The position numbers and the translations under genes are program-made. A DNA stretch of 64,000 nt from Proteromonas lacertae (taxonomy: Eukaryota). Shown piece by piece: positions 26,072 through 40,304 of this stretch. The stretch is from positions 124,001-188,000 of the forward strand of contig NGBS01000295.1 of NCBI GenBank assembly GCA_002245135.1. The letters are read 5' to 3'. Below the pieces are notes generated by a model, which searched no databases, had not been told where the DNA came from, and saw only the letters and a list, made by a program, of their open reading frames with translations. Position 1 is the stretch's first letter; every line of letters begins with the position of its first letter.

Positions 26072-29000
26072 CTAAAAATTACTATTAACTGTACTACTTG
26101 TCTTAGTAGGCTCTAATTTAAAAGTCTCAATTGGATCTAAGTGTGGAGGAGTTCTAGCTTCACACATATTATTGGCTGTTGTTGTATTTTTTCTATATTT
26201 TGTATAACTGGAAGAAACAGTTCTAGCAGAATCGTGAGGAGAATTTGCTCTTGAATACTTCGATGTTTGACTTGTATTGAAAATGTTTAGATGAGAATCC
26301 ATTCTTGTTGGAGATGTATTATTAGGGTTAAATGGATTAATACGACGAGATGAATGGGGAGTTTTTGATGTTACTACATAATTCACATCATTCTTTGATG
26401 ATTTAATGTCTTTATAACTCAACACTTTCATTGGTGAACTAGATGGAGCAAATTGATAAGTTGGTGTTGGAGAAGTTACTTTGCTTGATGCTGTTGCTGA
26501 TAACATATGAGCAAATGCACTTCCTATAATTTGTGTATTCTGCATAACAATTGTATCATGCGTTTCACAGTCATTTCCTTTTTCAAAATGATCTTGTGTT
26601 GGCATTGTATCTGATGAAGATCCTTCTCCTGATCCATTATTCTCGTAGAAATCGTAGAATTTTGGCACATATATAATTAAGGATTCTATTAATACACCAC
26701 CCAATATCACTATTTAATTATAAAATAAAAATGCATATGTAATACTTAACATCCTGAACCATACAACACCTCCAATACTATCTTTAAATAACGCAAAATC
26801 AAATGGTATTGTAACTGCTCCAATAAATAGAATTGTTCCAATTGATAAAGATAACATTATTGATTGATTGAATTCCTTTTGTATATCTCTTGATTCCCAC
26901 GATATTATAATCCCATATAATAGCATTATTACTATTATACTAATATCAACAATTCTATTCAAAAATATAACAAATCACAATAATATACTCAAATACCACA
27001 TTCGATTCACATTGGTATAAGTTTTTGTGTAATGTTAAATCTGGTGTTGTTGTATCTGTTATAACCACTTTTGTTGGAGCTGATATTTCCCAAATTATGT
27101 TGAATATGATATGCAAACCAACAATAACTAAAATAATTTGTGATAAAAATCTATTTGTTATGGTTCTCTATTCATGATAATTTATATATATATATATATA
27201 TATACCTTTTTCAATGCAGGATTTCTGAATAATGCTTTCAACCTCCAACACTTTGTAATTAACACTGCATATAGCAACACTATGCCATTTCCTATTCCCC
27301 ATACTCTAAATCTACATACCCATGCATTCTTTGGTACTGCTGTTATTGCAAATGTTGAAGCAATAATAATCCACAATGCAATCATAGCTACTATTAAGAA
27401 ATTTAATGAGGATCTTCTAACTGTTGGCTTATTTCTATTCATTACTAAAACTACAGCTACAATAATCAACATCAATGTCTCTATAATAGCAATAATAAGT
27501 GTTGTGGCTTTAAGAGATACAGAATTCTCATATATTTCATAATATGGACCGAAATTACACTCACCTCCAAAATCATATGGTTCTAAAAATGATACGTTTG
27601 ATGATGTAGGGAAAATCAACTGAGATTCTCCTGAATCTGACATTCTGTAGAGATATGTTGATCTTGCCATATAATTGTTTGATCTTAATATAGCTCTTCC
27701 TGATGGCAACATTACTGTTTTATTTTGTATTGTCATTAGTATATGTCTAATAGTATATCTACCTTTTTCTAAATATCTGTCACTTTGATACTGCATGACT
27801 GATATTGCTAATAGCATTGCAGAATAAACCAATTCTATTCCTTCATTTAAATTCTTTTTACCTATCAATTTATCAACATCTGGTTGAAATCCCATTGTAT
27901 CTGTCGATGATATATCAGACATAAAAGAACTTACAAGATAAACATTATCCAATGAAGTAATAGTTTCTTTATCTGTTGCATATACATCGACATTATAATA
28001 AATCTGTCTGAATTTGTAGGTGTTATATCCTTTTTTCCTAAATAAAGGATAGAAAAATTTCAATTCGTATGAAGATAAAGTGTTTATTATAAGCAATTGC
28101 TTCTGTATATAGTTATCTAAATAATCAGTCATATTCTTTACTGAAAATGATATATTATACTCATCATACATCAATGTAAAAATTGGTATTTTAACCTTAT
28201 AATCATTATGAATTACATTCATTACTATTTCTTTCTCAGCAATACCATAACTTGATTTTGAATGGATTAGCACATAGTAATCAAAATCACTTTCTTTAAA
28301 ATAACTCAACAGTATTTTAGTCTTTTGATATGTTGTGCTTGATAATGTTATTAACTGTTCGTTACATCTATTATCATTACTTTCACCAGTATAAAACAAT
28401 AATTTCTTCCATTTATCTAAATACACTAATACAGCATCTCTACATTTAGTTGAACTACAACCGATAAAACAAAATAAACCTTCATCAGTTTCTATACTTC
28501 TTTGAATATCATAATTTTTAAGATCTTCTAACCTATATATTGGATTAACAATATAATATTCTGGTAAGGTATATCTATAGTTAAATCTTTGGAAATACAA
28601 CTCAGTATACAATGTCAATAACCTTGGAGAAGATTCAGTTCTATTATCTGAACTATATATCAAAGGCATAGTAACAAAACCTCTTGAACCACCATCTGTC
28701 ACATCACATACATTATTTTGTACATCTGAATTAAGTGAATTGCTATGATGATCTGGTATTGAAATATCAGGAGAAACCATATCAGCTATAAATGTAGCCA
28801 TCATGATCAACTCTCACCATATACAAGTATCTTTCTAAATACAAATCAATATCTATCTTTATATATCCTCCATGTGTATATAGTGATATTCCACTTTCTT
28901 CTTTGAAGAAAAAATACTGTGATATAGAATTGTCAGAATACTGATATGCATATGATAATAATTGGACTATTATATAAGCTGTATCAACAACTGCACTTAG

Positions 29001-32000
29001 TGATAGAAAATCACCAAATAAATTATCCACTATTTTTGATATTACTTCAGTTTTTGAAGTTAGATGACTATACATATTTGATTTTAATTCAGTAAATGAC
29101 GGTGTAATTGTATATATTGGACTTTTTCCATAGTATTGATTCAATTTTGTTGTTGTTTCATCTAAATAATTTGCATATATAGTAATGTTTTCATTATCCA
29201 AATAATGATTCACATCTAAATCTTTTAGTACACTTTCCACACAATTCAAAAATGCAAAATAAATAATACATTTAGTATTTGCACATAACGACAAAACAGT
29301 TCGAAAATATCTTAAAATTTGACTTTCCACATCTACAATTTTTGTGCATGTTGGCAATTGGATAATTCTTTCCACTTTGTATCCATAAGATACTAATGAT
29401 GTTATCATATAATTAGTTAACTCAATAGAAAATTCTGCTTCATTATTTATTATAAATACCAATCCTTCAAAAGCAGCTGTGTGTAGAATAAACATCTGTT
29501 TCAATTGGTTAAATGATGGTCCAACTGATATAACATTTTCACTACAAATAAAACCAGATGATAATGATAGAAAGTAGAATATTACATCTGTTCTATTCGT
29601 TTCAGAAACTAAAGAAATGAAAATATTCTTTTCTTCCAATCTCAAACCACCAACAAATATTTTTATTTCATTCTCTTGTAGTAGTCTTCTTATCGTGTCA
29701 GTATATATTTGATCATTTGAATCAGTATTATATAACATTAATTGAAAGAAAGGAAAAGAAGGATCATTATCTTCATAATGATGTAGTAATCCAGACATTA
29801 TTTCAAAGATCATTCTTCCTTTTGCACCTCTTTTACCAGTGAATGGAAGAACTAAAGCAATTGGTATTGTTGGAGAATGGAACAATACATCTCCATTTTC
29901 TTTATCAACTGACCAATCACAAAAAACATTGTCATATTCATAATTAACTCCAGGATAATATGGACTTGGAGATAAATTATGCATTGCATTAATAATCATG
30001 TGATATTTCCCATCTTTGTTATAATACAAGAATAAATCATGTGTCATATGATGATTTGTATTGAAATGAATTCCTTCTTCTGTTTCAATTCGATCATTTG
30101 GGTAAAAAACAGTTTTATATATGGCATTTCTTAAATCATCAAAATTATAATCTGTTAGTGTCAACAATGCTCTCATATAAATATTTACGGAATAATACAA
30201 ATATAGCATATCAGCATTTACGAAAATAGAATATGGAATTCTATTCTCTACTTTTTCTGAAAATATTTTAAAATTAACTGAAGATGAATTGTAGCTTCTT
30301 ACAAATGAAAATTCTTTAAAATGAGTTTTTGACATATCATTTGTATTATCAACTCTCATATCAAAATAATATAAGAGAAACTTCTTTTTAATCTTATCAA
30401 ATGCATCGTAATATTCTTCTAAATCGTCAAAATGTAAATCAACTAATATATTCACAACAGAATAGCTTTTATATTCTTCAGCATCATTTTCAGCATATTT
30501 TGTATAATTCTCGCCTCTATGACATGCTATAAGCTTGATATTAAAAAATCTCTTCTTTAACACTCTATAGAATGCTTGTACTTCAGGTCCATTTGTTTGA
30601 GTGTATAGTATATAATAAGAATCTTTCAGAGGATTATGATTAAGATTAAATGTCGATGTAAACATTCGATAAGCCATATGAGAATAAATACCAGCATAAA
30701 AAACATTATGATGACATGCTTCACCTGATGATGGTGAAACAAAAAATATTAATTTCTCTTTCTTTTCACATAATTCTAATATTTTAAATCTTTGATCATA
30801 TAATGAAACATAATCACCTGCAAAGAATACAGCAAATGTATTCTCAACATCCATTGCATCCTCTATCTCTTTTGAACTGTTTAATGCAAAGAAGTTAAAC
30901 TCTCTTGTTCCTATTTTATAAGTCGATTTTGGAAAGACTATTGAAATAAATAAATAATATATATATATATATATACATTCTTCATTTAGTTCATTAACTG
31001 TCATATCCAATATATCTATAATATTTGGTGTATTATTATAAATCAACAAAACATTAAGTAATATATATTCATGTTTTTCTACACTTTTCCCATCGAAATA
31101 ACACATATAACCAGGTTCATGATACATATTAAATATTTCAGGCATAATATATTCATTATAATTAGTTACAATTTCAAAATTATACTGAGATTTCATATAA
31201 GCCATTTGGAATATCCAAGTGGGAGAATTCTGTTTTGTATATTTCAATCCATCCATCACTTTAATATCGTCTTTCATTGTTCTATTATACAACTGTTTTG
31301 GAGTAGCTATTTTATTGGTTTCTTTATATATCATTTGTATTTGATATAAAAACAAAGTAATTGTACCATAGGCTATAATTTCTCTCAGCGAAAGTCTATC
31401 AATAGCTCCATATTGAGCTAACATTTTGTATAGTGAAAATGTCTTATCATCAGTCATAACAGAATGACCTAGAAAGTAAAACTTTGAGGCAGAAACTAAT
31501 ATTTTCTTTGCATCATCAAAAAATGGAGAAAAAATAGGATAAGTATCAAAATTCCAATTCTTTTCATCCAACATATTCAATATTTGAACAAATAAATCAT
31601 TTGGACATAAGAATATCAATACTCTACGTTTTTTATTTGAATTGAAATACTTCTCCAAATAAACATAATCCACTGAAGTTTTTAAACTAGATACATTATA
31701 TATATAATTACTTTCTAAGATTGAAACTAACACATTCTTATAAGATACATATGGTTCAAATGTATTATAAAAGATATGATAATCTATATAACCTTTATTT
31801 AAGAAAAAGTTTATGGGAGTAGAAAATAATTGATTTGGCAAACCTCCTCCTATAACAACATTATCAAAACAACTACTTCCAACAAAATGACCTTCATAAT
31901 ATAGACATCTTATCATGACCAATTAATTCTACTATTCTATTTAGTTCTAAAGTAGAATTTCCTGCGAATATATAATCACAATGATAGTTATATAATGCAG

Positions 32001-35000
32001 TATCAATACAATATTCATAATTAGATTTACAGTCATATCACATGATACAATATTCTGATATTAGAATTTGAATTCTCATTAAAATAATCAAACAGTGACA
32101 TTTCAGCAACTCCTACATAATAATCATGTGATGCTCCAACACTTGAAAATGAATGTAATAATAATACTTCTACAATTTCAACATCTAAATTCCATATAGC
32201 CTGTGTTTCATAAGAGATTGTCATTGTAAATGGTTGAATTGATTTATATAACAAATGTAATGACATGTCCTTAGAAAGAGAACCACAATAAAGAATATAT
32301 ATATTTTGTGTCATAAAGTTATTTCTATCTATTGACTGTAATCCTGTAGCTGTCTCAACCTTTAAGCTTTTTATAGTACTTACTATATCAGATTTAACAA
32401 ATGAATTGGCTTTCTTTAAACCTTCAACAAAGAATAACGCAGAATTATAAATATTAATTGAATATTGAAATAACTGATTATTTGTGGTATTAAAATACTG
32501 TTTCATATTATTCGACAGCATTTTAAAAACTGAAGTATTTAAATTCGAATGTGATACTGTAAAAAAGAATAGATTGCCAGTGAAATGAATTTCTTCATCT
32601 GTTTCAATAATATGCTCATCGTAATGTCCAAAATGTATAATATTCCAATTTCGATAATTTAATTTCTTCAGACTTCTTAAATAATTATATAAATATTCAT
32701 CATTTAACAGCGAAATTACTGTACCATTAAAATACACAAAATGATTTAACATTATTCGATTAACATTATCCAAATCACTATCTTTTTTTATTCTAAAAAT
32801 CTGATATACAATATATCCATATTCTTTAAGTTGATCCATAAACATTAAAGCTGTTTCTTTAACATATGGCTGATCACCAATCAATATATAAACAGGAGAA
32901 TAACAATTATGAATAATCCATCTACAACAGAACGGAATTAAAGCTTTCATATAAACATCAAATGTAAATTGATTATCCAAATCAACACTACTTTCATACA
33001 CTGTTCCAATATTCATCGCAATAACATCTTCAAATTGAGGTAATCTTGCTGAATTACATGTATAGCCGAATATGAAATGAAGTCCCTTTTCTTTTATTGA
33101 TCTTTTCTATCTTCTCCCATTCATTCTTGAGTTTCTTCTTCAGATATTGGGAATAGAATTGTATCAAGGTATGTATTATTCACCAATATTCCTCTATTAT
33201 ATTCTTGAATTGGTAATAAAAACATAGAAATTAGTAGTGATTGATAAGTACCAATCGTTTTTGAACAATAAATATATCCAATTTCATATATCCTTTCTTC
33301 TTTTTCTTTTATTTCTTCTTCTTCACCATCATCATCAATACCAGAACATCCAGTATAATATCCATGTGCAATTAAATTACTTGCATTATATGGACCTTTC
33401 AATTCAACTTTAGTTACTGTATTACCATCATTTTCTAATTTCAATAAATAATTTCTATAAGATAACAATCTCTGTCTCAACAAAATACTTTCACCATGAG
33501 GTAATTGAAAAGTATGCTTATCATCAAATAATGGTAATATACTGGAAGGTAGATATGAAAATACCTGTTTTGTAGTAAGATCTAATATCCTTATTGCTAC
33601 AAATAACAGTTCATGTCTTGCTAGATCAAAATCACCTTCTCCTAGCATTCCTTCTATCCACATCATAAAATTTCTATTTTCATAACTATTAGCTGCTTGA
33701 GAATAATGAGTTGTAGCATAAACATTTGGTAAAGATTTTATGTTTTTCAAAGTATTAACATCTGTTAAAAGGAATATATGTTTCTCTAACGCAGTCATTA
33801 CCTCTCTTCCAACATTAAACAGTTTTACCTCATCTGAATTCAATGAGATTAACACCAATCCTCCATTTGGCATATTTGTCAAAACATGATTTAATAATGC
33901 ATATGTATAAGTCTCCTCAGATAAAAGAACATTTCTCATATCTAAAAAACTCTTCACTGATACACCAATAAATTGTAAATTTCTCACACAATAGTCTTTA
34001 ATTGAAACACTAAATCGATTATCACTATTATAAACAACTATTAAATCATTCATATTTTGAGTATTCCAATAACTAATACTTGGATCTACTATCTGATATA
34101 TATTTGGACCAACTGTTACTCTAACAAAAATATAAAAATACATTTAAAAATACATATTTGAAAAACATTGTTTTTCATCATGGTTGAGTCTTATATTCCA
34201 CAACAACATATCATTTTTCATTAACTTGTTATTAAACTCTTTCTTTAAATCCAAATTGATAATCAAATGCAAATATATGAGTGACATTAGATTCTATCAT
34301 ATCATCAATGAGTGATTCTAAGTTGACATTTCCATCAAATACATATTCTGCGATAACTTCATTTTCACCTAAAATATCATAGCTCTTATAATATAACATT
34401 ACTGCTGTTTCATAGAACAACAGAAAGTTATGTGATGGATATGGTTCTGTATATTTCTGAACTGCAATCTTATGTTTTCTTACAGCTGCTAGTATATTTT
34501 CTTCAGTACAATCACATCTGACTTCAGCAAATGGAATTTTTACTTGTGGAAATGGTAATGGCTCAGAAATAACATTAACTACTTCTCTTCCATTATATTT
34601 ACTAATGAACCAATTCTTTGAGATGAAATTATTCTTTCCTATATATGAAATGCCATCAATGAATGATCGAAATGTTGTTGAATACAAAACACTATACATT
34701 TGTTCATTATCTAAAGTAGAAAGTTGAGACAGAGTAACTCTCTTAAATACAATAGAGTTAAAGAAATTTGTCAATGTTGATACTTCTGAATAAGTTAGAC
34801 GATTATAATATATTCCCATTTCTCTTATAAAAGTGGTAAAATCAGATACTGGTTTAACATTATCAAAATATGGATATGTTCCCATAAACACTGCATTTTT
34901 ATACAACAATGGATCTAATGACATATTATCAAAACGATAGTCATTCAATGTTGTTACAGAATAACCATTCAAATTCTTTGATCTAATCAATTTTAATATA

Positions 35001-38000
35001 CTTCTAAATTCATCAGCATTGAAAAATGTATAAATCAAACCTCCATTTGGCATTTTTTCATGAATATAATCAACTACATCTTCAAGTGTATGACTATTAC
35101 AACATTCAATTTCTCTATCTTCAATATGTTCTTCTTTAAAACTTCTTTTTAATTCCTTTACATTCTCAGCAGCACTATTCCAAAAATCATTTCCTTCTTG
35201 AAGTATAATAAACACATCTCCAAATATTAACATATTCTTCATATAAGCTATTGGTCCATATGTTGATTTATAATTACCAAAATAAAAGACTAAATTCGAA
35301 CATACAGCAGTATGTGTATCAAAACCAACATAAATTGGAATATTGTAATAATCTGCTATTGGAATTAAAAGATTCAATTGATCAACACTATAATAACAAA
35401 TACATAAACATATAAATAATATAAATAAATACTCTTCTGATGAATATATTGTTATTACATGATGCTTAACTATAAAATCTTCAACATCATCAACTAATTC
35501 ATCATGTTTATTAGTATAATCCTTACCTAAAACATATGGTATAAACAGGCATTCATTAACTCCGTGATATATTGATATGTAGTTTATCATTGCTGTTAGA
35601 TATTCCAGTGTATCTTTATACTTAATTTCATCCAATACAATTAAATTGAAACATATACTCATCACAACCATTTCTGTTGATTCTATTTAAACATATAAAT
35701 AAATGAAATAATGTAAATACCTATATCATCAACAAAAGTAAACTGATATCCAGCTTCAAAGAATGCATAAAATGGTGGATTCATTACTACATATTTACCA
35801 CCATAAACTACACTATCATCATCATTTGCAGCTAACTGTAATATATTTATATTTGACATTAGATAATTATCACTATTGTACATTATAGTTCCTGCTATTC
35901 CTTCAATAGTTTTATGTTTTAATAACACAGATAAAGCTGTAATGTTACTTACACCAATTGATTGAATTACATTACCAATTAATTTTGTAATATAATAAGG
36001 AAATACAAATACATTATTGACTGTAATTGAATTATAGTATCTATCATTCTGTTTATCTTCAAAATCAAAATCTGTATATTTTGTTGCTTTACTAAAGTAA
36101 TAACCAAATATAAAAAGTCCATCATACATCTGAGGGGTTAAATATTCCTTTACAATCATTTCATCCAACGTTGTACTAAAAACTACAAACTTATGTTGTT
36201 GATTAATTGGATATAAACATTTCAAAAACCGAATTGAATTTTGTCTTGTCATAACCAATAAGATATTACCACCTTGTTGTGAGTATTCACTTAATAAACC
36301 CTGTACAGTTTCTTCAGTTATAGAGTCAAGGTAGTAGTAACCTTTAAATGGAAAATCATAATTCTTTCTATATATTAAAGTATTCAATATTGACTCATTG
36401 GCATAAAGCGAACCATCATATATAATAAAAGGATTATATAACAGTCTCTGATATTGTAAACTATCCAAAATAGCGAATATTGTATATCCAGCATTAAAAA
36501 GATATGAATAACTAGATGCACCTTCTTGTGGTGCAATATGAATAGACAATACTTTCTTATTCTTCAACTCCTTAATCAATATATTTTTGTAATCACTATT
36601 ATCATTAAAAAATATCATATCACAATGATATAGATTGACCAATTTCTCCAAACATTCTTTAAATTCAATTTCATTAGTATATGTCAATGAATAATAGAAT
36701 AATCTCAATTTCCTACCCTTGTCGTAGAGATTAACATTTGTTCTAAATATAGAATATTGAATTGCTTCTCTTGTCACAATTGTCATTTTTCCTGTATAAC
36801 AGTTAATATTGAATATCAAACCAACTTTTATTACATTCGCTACATTTATAGTCTTTTGACTTGTATAAGAAACATCATACAACTGTGTAGCTAAATGATA
36901 ATCAGTTGGTTGAAGTGTAGGATCAATTGTTTGAAACTTATCAAATATTGTTTCATTGGTTACTTTATTGAGAGTAGTAATAGCCAATGATTTGTATATA
37001 TATTGTGAATCTAATAACTTATATCTACCATACTTTGTTGATTCAGTTAATGTTGTGATTATATCCTTCAATATTGATAATTTATATACGTACAATGTTT
37101 TATATTGTTCATATACACTGTCTAGTATGTAATGCATATAATATCTATTCAATATAATATAATATATAAATATATAAATACACTGACATTGAAACATCAT
37201 CTATTATTTGATCTGGTAATTGATTTTTAATTTCATTCACCATTAGATCACTGTTAATCATTGTAGAGACACAATAAATGTGATTACTATCAGGATTATT
37301 TAGATAATATAAATCTCTAGTGTCGCAATTACCCATATTATATAAATTCCAGTTGTTCAAGTTTCCTTTCATCTATAATATCGTTTAGTAACTGAATATT
37401 TCTTTCTGTAAATGGTAATAAATTGATTATCAAATTGGGAGTTCTAAATACTGATGAAAATGATGAAATAGGTGTATTTTGTATTATTTGCTGATATTCA
37501 GATGTTAATAATTTACTTGAATTATATACTTCATATTCTACATTATATTGCGTTAATTGTGGTTCAATGAAAAGCTTATATATATTTACAGTGCTATCAT
37601 CGATCCATATGTGTATTTTTTTGTATACTAAGCATAATGGTGCAATACCTATTAAAATATATCATAGAATAGCAAATACTAGTCATGTAGACTGAATTAG
37701 GTTGTGACATGAAATACAAACTAGATGAAAAAGATAATGTCCTTCTAGAAAATGCAAAAAAATGTATATTGAGTGATTTGATCATAGAAACTACTTCATT
37801 TTGAACAACTTCATAGGCAAAGATTATAGCAACATTGACATGCACATTACCTGTTAAATACTTTTCCAAAGCAGTTGTATTATCTTTTCCATCATACACA
37901 AAGGGAGTAAGAATACTATAGTTTAAATTATTAGGATGACCTAAATCCATAAATACATCATGCACTATTCCACGTCTTATATACATATATTTATCAAAAT

Positions 38001-38094
38001 CACCATTGTCGGATAATATGTCTATCTCACCAACATTTATAATATCTCCCAAACAATAAATAATAATGAAAATATATATTACAAATATCCTCAT
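26072..38094 (-). CDS. Giant class C (7tm_3, GABA-B-like) GPCR with about nine tandem type-1 periplasmic-binding/Venus flytrap domains; broken by short introns and about 8 apparent +1 frameshifts
   Basis: Signal peptide MRIFVIYIFIIIYCLG. Repeated PBP1 motifs, e.g. IPIALVLPFTG, FIGCSSTKCRDAVLVYLDKWKKLLFY, VISVGPSFNQ, LPSGRAILRSNNY. 7TM region with RNKPTVRRSS, CRFRVW..LITKCWRL..F, SRDIQKEFNQS and IYVPKF. S/T-rich cytoplasmic tail. Confidence 0.85.
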
Positions 38095-38138
38095 TTCTTA
38101 CATAAATAACATGTAGCAAATGAAAAAATAAACAAAAC

Positions 38139-38153
38139 CGAATGAGCTTGGCT
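38139..38153. promoter_or_regulatory. 15-mer CGAATGAGCTTGGCT upstream of the GPCR gene, identical to 55226-55240
   Basis: Exact match at two loci 17 kb apart, each just 5' of a minus-strand gene start. Confidence 0.55.
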
Positions 38154-38584
38154 CGGTTAGATCAATATTGTTATTCAAGAATTTTTATGGAATATAGGAG
38201 ATTTTTAGTAACTTTAATGCTTATAGCAATTATCTACTCAATTATGTGTTGAAAATGTTAAGTTTTTATTTTATAAGTGCATTTTCACAAAAACAGAACA
38301 AGTACATTTTATCGACAAAATGAATAAATGATTTGAATATTTTTCACAATTGAAATTCTTTAAAGCTTCTATTTTATCCTTCATCCATACACAAAATATT
38401 TTATCATCTCCACTAAGTACACTTTCAATTAATGAAGGTTTAAACATATCACAATTAATATTGGAAGGGAAATACAAAACAATTTCATAATTTAATCATT
38501 CTATCATATTCTCAGCCGTACTTTGTCCTCTGACTGCAAGTTGATGAAAATAGCCTGCACATAATGAAATATCACCATATAAAT

Positions 38585-38716
38585 ACCTTAGACACACTTA
38601 TCTCAGCATTCTGTATATAATTATTATAAATCAACTTAAAACTTTCACCAAATCTTAATGTATCAACTGTTTCTTCTTCATTACATTTTGCTCGACTATA
38701 ACATACTGTAACTCAT
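38585..38716 (-). pseudogene. Kinesin motor-domain C-terminal fragment
   Basis: VTVCYSRAKCNEEETVDTLRFGES resembles the kinesin 'N.EET..TLRF(G/A)' helix. No upstream P-loop or switch motifs are visible. Confidence 0.4.
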
Positions 38717-40304
38717 GTTTTTCATTAAAGTGAAACGGTTTTATTTTTTAATATATTTTGATTTTTCTTTTTGTGAAGATTAGAATGAATGAATTTGTTG
38801 TATGTTGCTAACTAAACATTTACATACAATAATATAATCATTACAGCATATTTATTTTTACAATACAAGTTTAATTTGAAACTAACCTAAGTTTAAATTC
38901 TTCATTTAAATTGAATCTAATTAGTTATAATTGTTTGAATTATTTTCTTTATTATATTTCCTTAAAGAAATAAATTGTGATTCAAACATTATTAATAAAT
39001 AAACAAACGCCAAGTTCTTTGCATCATTCCATTGCAGATAAAAGAAAAAAGGAACTCAGATTATCTCAACAATATGCTCCTCTTGATTCCTTCTCTCTAT
39101 TACTATTTAATCTTTGATTATATTTTTACATAAACAGATGATGTATATTTTACAGTTTACATCCATGCTACTCAATAAAACAGAAAAAGATAACGTTATA
39201 CCCGTAAAATGATGATGGTTGTACTTTCTTTAGTTAAACTATGTACAAACATAGTCATCGCTTATTAGGATGAAAAATTGCCAAATAATCAATACATTAA
39301 CTGATGATATTATGAATCATGTGAAAAGTATGATAGTTAACGCAAAGAATACCATCATTATAAATGTCAATAAGTAGAAACGGTGGATATATGTTAGCTG
39401 ATAATAGTAAAATAAATGTTGTGCGCCGTTGAGCGTTAAGAAGACTTTTTTCAATTCTAATATCATAAACGTAACCTCTGGCCCTTCAATATTACTAATC
39501 AACACTTTGTTTTCCAAAATAGTTACGTTGGCCTAATATCGTATAGTCGTGTTTAGGTTCCTGTGCTGGAAACACTTTTTATTTTTATATTATTTTAAAA
39601 GCTTATAACAATAGTAGACATCGGGATAAAGGTTTTAAATAGAAAAAGAATACCTACTTATTGCATTTACCTACTTAAAATTTATTTTGAAAAAACAGGC
39701 TTGAATGAGGCTTGAATAGATTTTTTATTTTTTCATTTTTAAGAGTCTTAACATCTAAATATGTGTGATTTAATTGCTTAAACTAATGTATTTTTAACTC
39801 TAGTAGTGATTGAAGCAAAAAAATCAAAAATAAAATTATAATTGTTTTCAATATGTTGGGATAAAGTTCAAAAATATATATATCGCAGATGTAGCTTATA
39901 TGACAAAGTAAGATTATATTTGCATATAACTCGCCATCAAACCACACACTATCGTATGTATTTAACTCCACATAAAATGCACATGCAATAATCAGATCCT
40001 TTTAATTTTAATATATTATTCCAATAACCTTTTTGTGATTAAACCCCAGTCTTTCTAGTTTATTAGAATCACGTAAAATTATTACTTCCTTTATTGCTTC
40101 AAGTGGTAAAACTATGTCCCTATAATCAAAAAAGAAAAAAAAGATTTACTCAAACCTGCAGCCTATAGGTAAAACCTATAGGTCGTGATTGATTCGTACA
40201 ACCCTGGTTTTTAATGATAATTAGCTCATTCAAATAACTCAAACTATTTGGGGTTAAATAAATAATTTTTCAAACACCTTAACTTTAAAATATTTATTAT
40301 TAAA

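Noticed and set aside
27550..38094. Bacterial ABC-transporter operon or contamination
   Set aside because: The region has spliceosomal introns and host-like composition, has no permease or ATPase genes, and continues into a eukaryotic 7TM domain.
40040..40260. RNase MRP/P or telomerase RNA
   Set aside because: Terminal complementarity and a hairpin are present, but I could not match the conserved P4 motifs or a clean telomeric template.
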